A stretch of DNA of 64,000 nt from contig BCIN01000003.1 in NCBI GenBank assembly GCA_039545335.1, positions 496,001 through 560,000 on the forward strand, read 5' to 3'. The first letter of the stretch is position 1; the number at the start of each line of letters is the position of its first letter. Position numbers and translations under genes: made by a program. Of the stretch, positions 1-12,323 are shown in pieces. The notes beneath the pieces were generated by a model, which saw only the letters and a program-made list of their open reading frames with translations, was not told the origin of the DNA and searched no databases. The stretch is from Kondoa subrosea (taxonomy: Eukaryota).

Positions 1-512
1 GTACACCTACAAGTAAGTTCAATCTCTTGATTATATTGATTGAGGCTGACGTATAATAGAAAAAGCATGGCCTGCTATTGTACAATTACCCGAGTATTCT
101 CGTATGCAGGAATTTGGCAGGTGTGTCCTACTCTATTGCCTCATCAGCATCATCTAAAGCTATATTCGTCTACAGCTACGTCAATGATCTACACAAATGG
201 TATTCTGCTCGTGCACCTCGAGGGGCTTCTCAGTCCGGCTTCGAACTCATCTCCAGTCTTCTTACATACGATTGCACTAAACGTATCACAGCAAGAGAAG
301 CACTCAAACATAAATGGTGGACTGAAGAACCTAAAGTCGCTGACGCGGTTTTCCCTCTCAATACTTATCCTGCTCGAAGGGTTTCAATGGACGATAGCGA
401 TCCTGCTTTAAAAGCTGCCGCGGCTATGGAAGCAAAGAGCAGTAAAGTCAATACTGTTGGTTCTGCGATGTCTGGAAGCGGAAGACCAGCGAAACGATCG
501 AGAATGGAGTAG
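1..512 (+). CDS. SSN3: Cyclin-dependent kinase, CDK8/Ssn3-like, C-terminal part (5' truncated, spliced)
   Basis: Spliced translation TPT..KAWPAIVQLPEY..YVNDLHKWY..GFELISSLLTYDCTKRITAREALKHKWW is CDK subdomain XI. The tail (FPLNTYPARRVSMDD) resembles fungal CDK8. Confidence 0.7.
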
Positions 513-904
513 AAGAATGCAATTGAGCAGATACTTTGTATATCGGTTGCCTTCAATTGGCGCAAAGGTACTACTTGTCTCATTTGTCCAATGTTTCTGA
601 CCTTCTATCAGTTCAGGAGCGTCCTTCAGTGCACTCGTTCAAGATGGCACAACATCAAACGTGAAAGGGCGGACTGATCGATGTGAGCTTGCAGCTTGGC
701 TCTTGGCTGTCGACTAATTTATAGCAGATCACCATGTTTCAGTATGGCCCCAGATGGCGGCAATCTCGGGCGGAAGTCGACACACGAGCAGCAACGAGGC
801 ACGCTTCGAAATTGTGTTTGAGAATAACGGTCTGGAGTATAATACATTGTTATTGTACAACTAGAAGCATTCGCAAAAAGCACAGCCTGATGCCGCATTC
901 CAGC

Positions 905-2181
905 TCAATCTGAATCGATTCCTCTCTGTAACTCGTCAAACTCCTCCGCCTCTGCTGGATCCATCCAGTCGGTGAATCGCATGTCTTCTTCATAAGTACC
1001 TTCTCGTGCATTGCGCTATATCGCATGTCAATATGAGCAATAGCGCCGAGGTAGCCTTGAACTCACCAGAGCGCGAACCGCTGCTTCACCTTCTGTACGG
1101 TCTCCATTTCTGTATGATTCGAGCAGTCGCATCATGTTATAATCAGCTATTATAGCTGCATCGTCATCTTCATCAGGAGGACCGAAGTCTGGGGCTTCGA
1201 AATCATCTTCGTCTTCCCATTCCTATATTGTCGATCAGAACAGACAGTTCAACATTGCAAAGACAGCCTACATCTTCTTCGTCTTCGTCTTCGTCGTCAG
1301 ACATGCCCTCGACCATCAAATCACGCTCTAAATCTCCCCAAGTATCATAGCGGCCTTGCCTGTGTGCAAGGAATGAGGATTGCAAAGACACGAACCGAAA
1401 TGTTGCACTTACACCATCCGGCGCAATATTGTTTCCAAAGCATGTTCGCTATCCCACTCAGCTCTCATCCTTCTCCTTTCCCTCCTTTGCCTACTCTGAG
1501 CCAAAGACTCTTGATGCGTGTGATCGAATTCGATCTTCTCGCCCGTTGATGGATCTAGATGGGAGTAGAAGCAGGTCTTGCCAAATGGACAGTATCTTCG
1601 CTCTTCGGGAGAATCATTGATCCATTTGCATGGAATCGTAGAGAGTTTCTGCTTGTACAAGCCTTCTGCAATATTCTTTTCGTCTCCTTCAAGGAAGTTT
1701 CTGTGCTCACATTTAGTCTATTGATGAAAGTAAGGAGAGAAAAGATTTACTTTGAAGGTAAGATGAAAGAAGAGTAGGCGCGACAGTTTGGGCATTGGTA
1801 CAAGACGCCCGATTCAATTTGTCCTTCGCTTTTACCTGCTGCACTTCGCCAAGATCGAATGCAAGTCAAGCAGAAGACGTGAGAGCAGTTCTCCAGTAGT
1901 CCATAACGAGTCGGCGGCTCCAGACAGACTGAGCACAGATGTTCTTGTTCCTCCGTTGCATGGTCGTCCGCTTGCTCAAGTTCATTACTCGTAGACGGTT
2001 TAGAAGGAGAAGATGAATGAGACAGTCTGGATGTGGAAGCTTGCGGCCCGCGAACAGCAGGATCATGCAGATAGAAACAAGCATCACCTCTGTAGCAGCC
2101 CTGAGGTGAAGCGTAGAAGTGACAATGCGTTGATGCCATCCAAGGCTGAGCTACAGCTGGTGTCGCTGCTCTGGGTGCCAT
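905..2181 (-). CDS. Makorin-like C3H zinc finger / RING E3 ubiquitin ligase
   Basis: N-terminal CCCH (CHFYASPQGCYRGDACFYLH), C3HC4 RING (CSVC..CSHVFCLTCIRSWR..CPNCR) and C-terminal CCCH (IPCKW..CPFGKTCFYSH). The 3' end is approximate. Confidence 0.85.
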
Positions 2182-2416
2182 TCCAAGCGTCTTCAATGTA
2201 GTGTGTGTGGTGGTTTAACGTCAATTCAGAGCTTCCAGAACCAGCTGCACGCTAGACGGTTGATTCAGTACAAGTTGTGATTTGGCTGAAGCAGGTCAAG
2301 AGCGTTTCATGCAGGTTGCTTGGACTCCAACAATCATGGCGATCCTGGAGAAGGCTGATACCTGCTCCCTTTGTTACTGTGCTTGCTAGAAATATACCCC
2401 TGGCTCTTGTGCTTGA

Positions 2417-4757
2417 ATGTCATCTCGTTACTCTGCCTTGGCAACGGATGATGAGACTCTACATGAAGAGACTGAGCATCTGATAGATGCAGAAGAAGGT
2501 GGACAACGCAAGCTCAAGCTGGATCTGTCGAGCTTGGATTCTGGCTTGAAGCAATGGTTACAGCATATTGCAGAGCGAACTCGTATTCGTGAGCTATACG
2601 AGTCTTCCATTCGTGTCCCACTTCTAATCGTTTATGCTCGCTCAGCCAAGAAAGCGAAGCTAGAAGTCAACGAGGATGAAATTGTTCCTATTCTGTCATC
2701 AGTCTTCATACCGTACGTGGATAGTCTGCCCTCCAAAGCACCTATACGAACACTGGATCACACTACCTCCCAATCTGATGAAGGTCTGGAGCGATCAGCC
2801 GCCGAAGTCAGGCATGCTATCGACCGAGGCATTCATCCAAAGCTGAATAAAGCTGGTTCAAGTGGAAGTTATTTTGTCAAGAGCCGTCAGGGAGATACCT
2901 TAGCTATCTTCAAGCCGAAAGACGAAGAACCTTACGGAGCTCGTGTGTTTCTCCCCTTCTTTGAATTAGGTCGCTTTGGGCTGACTGGATTTACAAGTCA
3001 ATCCGAAATGGACGAAATGGATTCATAGGAATATATTAGCTCCTTTGACTGGTTTTGGAAGAGCATGCTTGATTCCCAATCTTTCCTACCTTTCCGAATC
3101 CGCTGCCTCTTTACTCGACACTCGCTTGAATCTGCATATGGTACCTAAGACTGCTATTGTACCCTTAGCTTCCACTGCCTTCTTTTACGACTGGATAGAC
3201 AGACGAAATGAACGCAAAGGCAAAGCATTACCAGAGAAATTGGGAAGCTTTCAATTGTTCGCTAGAGGGTTTCAAGATGCTAGTCAATGGTTGGCGGAAC
3301 ATCCTTGGCCTGGTCGATCTCCAAGCGAGGATCTAGACGAGCCGAAGCATAAAAGAAGAGGTTTCAGCTGTTTTCGAGCCTTGAAGAAATGTTGCGGTAC
3401 GAATGGTATACTTGAACAAGAAGAAAGCGATAGTGAAGATGAAGATACGGACGATCACCAGCGATATAGAGAAGAGAAAGGGCACAGATTCGTCTGGACT
3501 GAAGCTCTCATGCTTGATTTTCGTCTGCAATTGGAGAAACTAGTTGTGCTGGATTACCTGATGCGTAATACGGATAGGGGCCTAGGTGAGCATTAACATC
3601 GATCTCGTAGTTCGGTGCTGATTCTTTTTGCAGACAATTTCATGATCAAATATTGTGAGATAGAGAAGCCGAGCACATTGAAATCGGCTCGGTCGGAAAT
3701 TATCTCCACGCAACCAGGAGTAGTCTCTACAATGTCACATATGCTGGCTAGACCTCTCGATATCTCTCAAAGGTCTCATTTTCACCTAGCTGCGATCGAT
3801 AATTCGCTTGCGTTTCCCCACCATCATCCAAGAGGGTGAGCTGTTTTGTCGTGGCATGTCTAATTTCACTAAGATTGGGTAAAGCTGGCGTGCGTTTCCT
3901 TACGGTTGGCTATTTCTACCGCTTTCCCTTATTGGTGAACCCTGGTCTGAGCAAACGAAAGCTCACTTTCTACCTTTACTAACCGATTCAAAATGGTGGG
4001 AAGAGACGACGCTGCAATTGAGAACCGAGTTTCGTAAAGATTCCGACTACAACAGCAAGATGTTTGCTAGACAATTGTCAGTGCTTAAAGGACAAGCGGT
4101 AAATCTCGTACAAAGCTTGCAATCCAATCTTGAAGGTATGCATCTTGTCTCGGGATTAACACAACATACGCATGATCATTGTAGGTCCTCTTGAGCTTTG
4201 TGCGCGGCCTTCTTTGCTGGTAATCGATGATCTCGTCGAAAGTGCTATCCCGATCGAAAGCAATCCTCTTGCTACCTCAGCCGAATTACCTGCACCATCT
4301 GATTTCCGACCTGGTCATGCTCGAATGCACTCAGAAGAAAATGGTTCCCTCTTCTCACCAATAAAGAAGCTCAAGCGATCCATTTCCGATCGGAGAAGCA
4401 GGAACAGAAGTATTAGTATCAATTCCCTCGTTGTCCCCGCGTCAAACAATGCTATCTCTATGTCGAGAGCGAGCTTGGATGGAAGCTCTGTATCAGGCTT
4501 CTCTCTGATGGAAAGGTCGGAAATAATGGCTCATTTGGAGGAAGAAGATGACTCGAGGCCGGCAGGGCGGGATTTCAGTATAGCATCAACGCAGACTGTA
4601 CGACCTCATATTCCGGAAGACGATGAGTCTGCAAAGGAAACCACTGTCGGGATAGTAGAGGTTCGCTTTCTTTTCTCTTCATCGGGCGCAGCAATTTGAC
4701 CATATGTTGCAGCGGATAGAGATCGTGAATGATTTGCCATTCTTCCGAAAATATTGA
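2417..4757 (+). CDS. LSB6: Phosphatidylinositol 4-kinase type II
   Basis: Motifs GSSGSYFVK, IFKPKDEEPYG, FGRACLIPNLSYLSE, LEKLVVLDYLMRNTDRG, AAIDNSLAFPHHHP across GT-AG spliced exons. Confidence 0.93.
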
Positions 4758-4880
4758 TGATACCGCAGTACAAGGATAACGATTCAATGACCAGCATAAA
4801 GATACAATGTAATCTATTTGTACATCATATAAGTAAGAACGACTTTCCATGCAACGATTTTTTTTTGCGGGAGGTGCAAT

Positions 4881-6367
4881 TCAAGCACCACCAAACAATG
4901 AACTGAACCAGCCAGTAAATCTTTGCCAAAACGTTCCTCTGTATCCTTCATCCCTTGGCTTTTCGGAAACGCGTAAAATTCCATGACCTCGATCTACTTG
5001 CATTTCTCTCAATCCTCGACCTTCTTCCAACATTCTTGGTGTGGTTGACATGGGAGGGAATCGAGATGGTGCCGATGTGGTAATCCATTTCGGAAAAAGC
5101 GAGCGAAGTGATTTCAGTTCAGGATTTGTCAAATAAGGTGACAAAGTGAAAGTACGAATGTGTAGTGGAGGAGTTTTGCGTTTCTGCTGTTGTTGCTGCT
5201 GCTGAGACAATTGAGGTGATAGAAGAGGCTTTATACTTGAAGGTGTGGGTGGAAGACTACTGCTCGATGGTGAAGAAGGGCTTTCGCCGAGAAGAGGTTT
5301 GGTGACAGCTTTGGCGTCCAGGAAAGGGTCCGATCCAGAGCGATCTCGAGGATGCATGATTGGTCGAGGTGGCGGTGGAGCGAGCGGTCGACGAGAATGA
5401 CTGACTTCAGAGGTTTCGGATGAAGCGAGAGAAGTAGCTCGAGAAAGGGAAGGTGCTTTCTCTTTTATGGCTTCATCAAAGCCGAGTACCTACGAGATAT
5501 AAGAAAAGAGGTCAGGGATGCTGTAAGGCAGACTCACCCCTTTGAGAAGAATAATAGCTTCAGACATGAAAGGCTTTCCATTCTCCAAAAATAGCGCATC
5601 GTCTACGTCCAGCTCCAGTAAAGATGCTTCAGCAGCTTGAAGAGATAACATTGCATAGAGTGAGCGAAGAAACGGATGAGGGCCAGGGTCTGGAACAAGC
5701 GACTTCAGCATGATCATTCTCCAGGAATTGTGACCAAACTCACGGCTTTTCATAGCATGAGAACGAAGGAAAGCCAATAATCGTCTACTCCTTTCGTTCT
5801 TCGCATCTTTACTTCTCCAAGCTTTCAAACCAGATCCAGCACCCAAGCCCAATTCGCGTGAAAGAACAGAACCACTTTCACAAGAATGTAAGAGATCATC
5901 CAGCTGGATTCTTCGACTAATCTCTTCATCTCGATGAAATTGAGCTCGTACTTGAGCTTGAAGGTTGATGTACAGTTTCCTCGAAGTAGCTGAAACAGTC
6001 TTTAGCGATTGTTCCATCACTATTGATCGCAGTGACATATGATGAGCAGCTGATCTGATCATCAAGAGCTACAGGCCTCACATCTGCCGGCTTCATTGTT
6101 CTCCTCATAGTAAAATTGCTGACACAAGTTACGAAACGCTTGAAGTTCGTGTTCAGTCGGCGGCGGATGAGCTCCAGGTGACAGCGGTCTACGTCCATTA
6201 GGTGATGCAGGTTGCAAGAAAGAGTTGCGACCTGCAGAACGAGCTGAAGGAGACTTCAAAGAAGCTGAATTTGTGTAAGATGTAGAATTCAGGTTCAACG
6301 GAGCTGGAGAAGGGCGTCTGGCTGGTAAAGCAGGTTTTTGCTCTTCCATTGCGATGTTGGCAGACAT
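4881..6367 (-). CDS. Hypothetical protein (multi-exon)
   Basis: Consecutive minus-strand ORFs (6062-6475, 5490-6065, 4881-5357) can be joined by short introns; no recognisable domain. Confidence 0.6.
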
Positions 6368-6579
6368 GGCTGCTATGGACAGAAGGATACAAATAAAGTA
6401 ACAAGCGCAAGCAAGGCCGAGAACTTCTGAGACGCGCGTTGCCGACTGCTTAGTAAGTGTAGTGAAGAAATCCAAATGAGCAGAGGAGAGTACACGCGTC
6501 CAGCGTGGATCAAACGCGAAAAGCGGTAATTACATTGCATAGCAGAATACATCCATACACCCAGTGTCACTCGATTACG

Positions 6580-7463
6580 TCAATGAAACATTCTCTTTCG
6601 CACAGCTGGCATACTGGTAGGAATAGAGTTTACAAACGAAGGACTGGCCGAAGGTGCCAGTAGAAGTCCGCCAGTCGACTCAGAAGAAATAGCTACTGTA
6701 CTTGATCTTTTCGGGACGCCGTAAGCTATGGTCATGCCTTGATAGACGACTGTAGAAGTCTCCAGGTCAGAATTAGCTGCCAAAGAAGATGGAGAGGAAG
6801 CTGATGTGGTCGAAGCTAGAGATAGAGAAGCAGAAGAAGCTTGAGCTGCTTCTTTATCTGAAGGCGACGCGGGCTTCTCTAAGCAAACAAAAAAGACTGG
6901 TTAGCTGGTTCTATAGCAGAGAGTAGATGCCACAACTCACTTGCTCCCGCTTTCGAAATCACCAGACCTAAAACTAATCCCATTATCAATAGCAACAGCA
7001 CGAGCAGTAATACAGCCAAATATCTTCTGTTGACTCTAGGATTCTTCTGCTTCGATTGAACTGGATTAGGAGCGAAATCCTTGCCCATATCGAAGGCAAC
7101 ATGATTGAATGATTGTCGATTACTAGGTGGACCAGGTTCGACCAAGAACGGCGCAATTGCTCCTGTCAAACTTTCATTAGCTTGATATGCTCATAGTAGA
7201 GCGCAGGTAGTCTACCTATGACTTTTTCGTTGTTCTCCTTCGTTTCCGCTGTATAGGTATGATCGACCGTGCTCGCAGGAGGTTCATCTTCTTGTTCATC
7301 CCAAGAAGGAATGAAAGATTCAGGATGATCGGGCATTCTGGCTAAAGCGCGTTCGAAAGATAATCGAGGTGAAATCTGTTCGCGCTCATCCAATTAGAAC
7401 ACGTCCTCGTGCTTATTTGATCGACACAAAGAGACTTACTGTATCATCAAGATTTGAATCCAT
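6580..7463 (-). CDS. Hypothetical single-pass membrane protein with Ser-rich C-terminus
   Basis: Exon 1 MDSNLDDT followed by a gtaagt intron; hydrophobic segment YLAVLLLVLLLLIMGLVLGLVIS after basic residues. Confidence 0.55.
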
Positions 7464-8010
7464 AGATGAATTACCACTCCTGTGCTTCCTTGCCCTAGGG
7501 CTGATCTTTATAGACACTTTTCGCGTTGATGACATTTCAACGTTTGAATTGAACGAACAACATCGAAAAGGGAAGGAGAAAAGGCATATCAGCGGTAAAA
7601 GTCCGTTCGCTTCTGAAGTACACTGATGGAGAAGTAGCGTTCGAAATGACTACAGCTTTCTTCGGAAGTGAACAGAAAGATACAGAAGGGGAGCATGGAA
7701 AGCGATGTGATCGGTCAAGCGAGCGGCATCTGTCGGTCTAGACTGCTTTAAGCAGTACTATCAGATCATGTAGAATAATGACTGTGCTCCTGGGCAGAGT
7801 TGAAAGACTTCTGTAGAAATAGGACATTTGAGCCAGAGTCTATCGCTAGAAATGCGTCTCTTTGCAGAACGAAGACAATTTGACAGAGCTCTTGAGTTCT
7901 GGTGCAGCACAGTGTACACTGATGATTTACCCGAGCGGTCATTCTGGGACAAGACGCACTTTCATGAAAAACAACTGGTCGTCCTGCTTCGGCCAAGTCT
8001 TGACATTGGG

Positions 8011-9908
8011 ATGGCGGAAACTTCACTGAAGCGTCCTGCACCTGCTGATAAAGATCCATCGCCAGCAAAGAAGCTGAAAACTTCGCACAAAAAGCATAAG
8101 AAGCGCTCAAAGTCAGATGCAGAGGGAATGTCAATGGAGGCTGTAGTACTGGATAAGGATATAGAGGATCGTCTTGAAGCTGTGGAATCGGTAGAGCAGC
8201 CGAAGAACCCCATGCATTTGGTGTTTGAAACTTTGGCTCAACTCTGGCAACATCGCGTGGACGCTGAAGAGGCTAAAAGTCCAGCAGATCGTTTGGAGAA
8301 GCTTAGGATCCTTGTTCGTTCAGCTACGGTACAAATTAGTCATTTGAAGCAGGCCGACAGCAATCTTTACATCGGTCATCTAAACCACATCTACTCACTC
8401 CTGGCCTATGCTGCTCTTCAAACAGCCATCTTGTTTGAAGAAAACCCTGCTCTCCAACCTCCATCGAGTTCTGACTCCGCCTCTCCGATTTGTATTTGTC
8501 TCGAAATGAGCTTTTCTAATCACCTCTTGGCTATGAAGAACGCTCAATTCGAAGCATTACAATGGCTGGAATTGGCTCAAACTATACTGTTCATGCTAGC
8601 ACATCAAGAGCGTATGCAAGCTGAAGAAATTGCAAAAGCTGCTTCTGAAGATCGCCAGCCATACAAGATCAGTCTTTATTCTGCGGCTGAAGATGAGGCA
8701 GAAGAAAATCAAGAGGCACAGACTCGATGCCTTCTTCAGTACCTATCGTTCGCTTTTGCTAGCGCATTAACAGCTATCTCTACTCCTTTACCTTCATCTT
8801 CAACCGATACAGAAGCAGCAGCATCAGTCCAGCAGAAACGTGAAAGTATCAAAGAACATACTCCTCGAATTCTTCTAGCTATCGCAAGCATCATTCAACA
8901 ATGTTCTTCTTTACCAATTAAGCAAACCTATCAGCATCTTGTTCTCAAAGATTTTTCTCTTCTGGATCAGATCTTGTCTTTGCTTTCTTCTGCTCAAGTG
9001 TTAAAAGGAATAGATGAGTTTGGTGGTGATATTGCGTTCCTTCAAGCGAGATACTTGCAAGCTCGAAGAGAATCTTTTCCTACTTTTCATGGCGATGAGT
9101 CGATCAAGCTTGCGTTCCGGGAAACATGTTCTGCCATTCAACAGAAGTATTTGTCATGTATGTCTTTCTTCCAATCGTCAGAATTGAGTTGAACCGACTC
9201 TCTTGTTAACGTTTTAGCTGTTCAGTTCTGGCAGATGGCTCTTTCCAACTCTACGGGACCATTGGCAGCACACGGAGAACTGGACAGGCTGAAAATCAAG
9301 GTCAGTCCTAAGTGACATTTTCCCTGTTTCAAGGAAAAACAGAGTAGACTGAAATTGCTTTTCAGCTTAACATCGCCGAAGAGATGAAAAGCAGCTTCAT
9401 TCTCGGCATGAAACAACCAAAACAACCAAAACCAGCTGTAGCAGAAACAGCAGAGGAAAAAGCCGAGCGTTTACAAAAACTAGCTGAACAGAAGGCAGTA
9501 ACCAAGGCAAATAAGATAGCAAGGAGACGTGATAGGAAGCAAGAGAAGGCGCAAAAGAAGGCGCAAGCGAAGCAGGATTTACTAGACGCCATGACTCCGG
9601 AAGAAAGAGAAGCTCTTGAAGAGGCTGAAAAGCAACGGAAAAGGGAGCAGCACGCTGTTGCTTTGGCTGCGCGAGAGGCTGCCATGACTCCAGAAGAAAG
9701 AGAAGCTATCGCTCTCAAACAGGTTGAGAAGCAGCGGAGAAAGGCGCAACGTGCTTCGGCTGCGCGAAAGGCTAAAGCTCTTGTATTCGCCAAGGACGCC
9801 AGCAAAGCACTCATCACTCCTTCTGAGGCTGTCCTCGTACATACAGAGAAGACAGAAGCAGAGGAAGAGCAAGCAGTCGAGGAGCCGAAAATGCAGAGTG
9901 AGCAGTAG
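8011..9908 (+). CDS. Hypothetical protein with basic N-terminus and Lys/Glu/Ala-rich coiled-coil C-terminus
   Basis: The long ORF 7828-9192 joins via two introns (donors gtatgt, gtcagt) to ORF 9384-9908. NLS-like KKLKTSHKKHKKR. Start codon uncertain. Confidence 0.6.
9588..9770 (+). repeat. Internal coding tandem duplication (two copies, about 93 nt apart)
   Basis: GCCATGACTCC(G/A)GAAGAAAGAGAAGCT at 9588 and 9681, each followed later by GGCTGCGCGA; encodes AMTPEEREA..EKQR..AAR twice. Confidence 0.75.
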
Positions 9909-10104
9909 GCGAATGCTAAGGGCGCCGAAAGTTCAGCGACGTCTGCGGAGATTGGAGAAGAGTTGCTGCTTTCCCCTGTACCCCTCTTCTCGAGCCGGGT
10001 TACCTTCTTCAGTTCTACCCTTTATCAACGCGCTCATGTACCGAGACGGGGATTGAGAGCATCTGGCGAGCAGTCGTCTTGAATGAACACCAGCAGTCAT
10101 CATT

Positions 10105-10911
10105 TCACTGAACCCCTTGCTGTTTTCTACCGTACTTTATCATACCCGCCTGATCCAAGTCAGAATCCTTTCGGTACCGAATTCCCCTTGTAATGCTCGC
10201 AATCCTGCATCGACTGCTGCTTGAGCTATCTCACTTGCTGACTGACTCCAAGGATCCAGCCTCTGCTGAGGTAGCCAATCAGCAGCAGCAAAGGCAACAG
10301 CACTCTTCCACCAAAGATACTCTTTCATTTCTAGTTCCACTTATATGGCCTGGCCGAAGAAATATGGTCATGTCGAAGTCCAACTCTTTGATCCGGATTT
10401 TGATTTCTCCCTACAAACAGGACATGAGCGGATCACAGAGCAAAGCAACTTCCGGTAACTTACTTTCATCCTCACATAAGCAAAGTGACTGGCTTGAGAA
10501 GCTGCAGCTGCTGTCCCGGGAATGTAAACCTTTGTTCCTGCTGCTTTTACTGCTCTTGCTATCGAAAGGTTCAGATCGACATCGATTTGGCGTTGCTTAA
10601 TCCCGGCTTTTGCAGCTTCTGCCCGAGTTATGCCTAGGGCGGAGAAGAAGATCTTAGGAGCAGGAAAAAAGCCTTCGATAGCTTCTGGCCATAGAGCAGA
10701 ATTCTTTTCAATGATAGGGCAAAGTTTGAAAGAAGTCGAAATAGAAACAGCTTTACGGGAAAGAGTGTACATTTTTGATACAGTGGTTTGTTCAAGAAAA
10801 AAGTCGCAGTATGTGAGCGCCCTACCTTACGTGACAATCAGCATGAATCAAACGATGTCTGAATTCCAGCTCACAACCAGGCCCGTAGCGCCCGATTCCG
10901 CAGCTAGGCAT
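10105..10911 (-). pseudogene. FMP52: FMP52-like NAD(P)-binding Rossmann-fold protein, frameshifted
   Basis: Motifs GATGLV/G, FFSALGITRA, QIDVDLNLSIARAVK, YVRMK/GEI, IFLRPG, WSQSASEIAQAAV. They lie in different frames, with about three shifts not explained by introns. Confidence 0.7.
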
Positions 10912-11065
10912 CAAAGCAATTGATCGCAAATATGAAGAGTCGCCGTAACAAACGAGAGGTAAGAAGCAATAAGTGTACGCGTCTTTTCTGCCGCTCGCAG
11001 GGCCGAAATCGGTACTTGAAACCTTCCTTGGCAGAACGTCGACTTGAGGACCTTCAGGTAATTCC

Positions 11066-11845
11066 TCAGAGCTTGTCAAGACAGACAAAGTAGGCTTCTT
11101 TGCTCTCTGTATTGCTTGGTCAGTACTAACCATCTTCTAAACAAATCCACAGCGGACCTTTTCTAGAGGAAGCTGGCTTCTCACTTTTCACTTTCCTGAA
11201 CGCTTTTGCTAAAGTCTCGCGCCGGAACTCTTCTGCGAAAGCTGAAGCATAGTATTTCATGATCAATGATCCAGATGGAGCGAGATAATGCTGAGAGAAG
11301 GAGAAGGCTGCTTCACATAGCTCGAGAGAAGAAGAAGCGTCTTTGAGCGTATTGCCTGAAGTATTTTCCAGCTATCGCTGGCATCAGATTGAAGTTCAGT
11401 CAAATTCAAGGCTTAGACTGACCATATCGCTGAGAATCAGATCTGCTTGTTTTCCTGCTAGCACATCCGCTATCTCATCTTGTATTTCGACGGATAAGAA
11501 ATCGCCTTTGATCGCAGTGAGACCAGGTAAAGTGAGATCAATATCGAGCAGATCCACAGCAATGAGAATCGCCTTTGGGTTCGTTTGCGATGCAACTTGT
11601 AGCCACGAACCAGGCGCTGCGCCGAGATCACATATACGCTTCGAGCTTGCTAACAACTTGTATTTCACATCCAATTCCAACAGCTTGAAAGCAGCTCGTG
11701 AAAGGTAAGTGCCTTCAATCGCTGACGGATTCCTGGATACGTTGTAGGGATCTGCTTGTGCTCTAGCTAGCCACCTTGAAGACGAAGCAGACTTCTTCGC
11801 TTGAACATAACTTCGGCTGAAATACGATTTGCAGGTTGCTCTCAT
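11066..11845 (-). CDS. MRM2: FtsJ/RrmJ-family rRNA 2'-O-methyltransferase (mitochondrial type)
   Basis: SSSRWLAR..DPY, YLSRAAFKLLELD, CDLGAAPGSWLQVA, AVDLL, ILSDM, KPASSRKESKEAYFV. Confidence 0.88.
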
Positions 11846-12323
11846 TCTTCCATGCCTTGCTGTACACCTCTTGCTTGCTCCCTGATCCTGAATGAATCTT
11901 GCTGTCTTGACTGTTGTAGACCGAGAGCGCACTAATAGCTCGCATTTCGTTCAAGTTCCATCTTCCGTTTCTATCCTTGATTTATCTTTCTACTTTTCTT
12001 TGTCCCTGCCTTTATCTGGTATCGCATGTCTTGTACCGCGACTTGATGACGCGCCCTGTAGATAGATGGACGCCGGACACTAAGTATGCTTTTGCCAAGC
12101 ATTTCTTGTAATACTCCCGACCGTGCTCAGCTTTTGCCAAATTGCGCTTTTACTTTCTCTGCTAAACTAAGAAGCCTGATAGGTTGCTGCTGTCCATCTC
12201 TCTCCGCGTATTACTATACCCCAAAAGAAGCCCCAACTCAGCTGACAAGAGACTAGAGGCTCCGCCCTTGTCTTCTAGCAACACTTCTCTTCCGACCGCC
12301 CCTCTCTTCAATCGACAGTCACA

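Noticed and set aside
9362..9872. Antisense ORFs opposite the coiled-coil exon, and many similar ORFs in the track
   Set aside because: Shadow ORFs from low-complexity coding sequence on the other strand.
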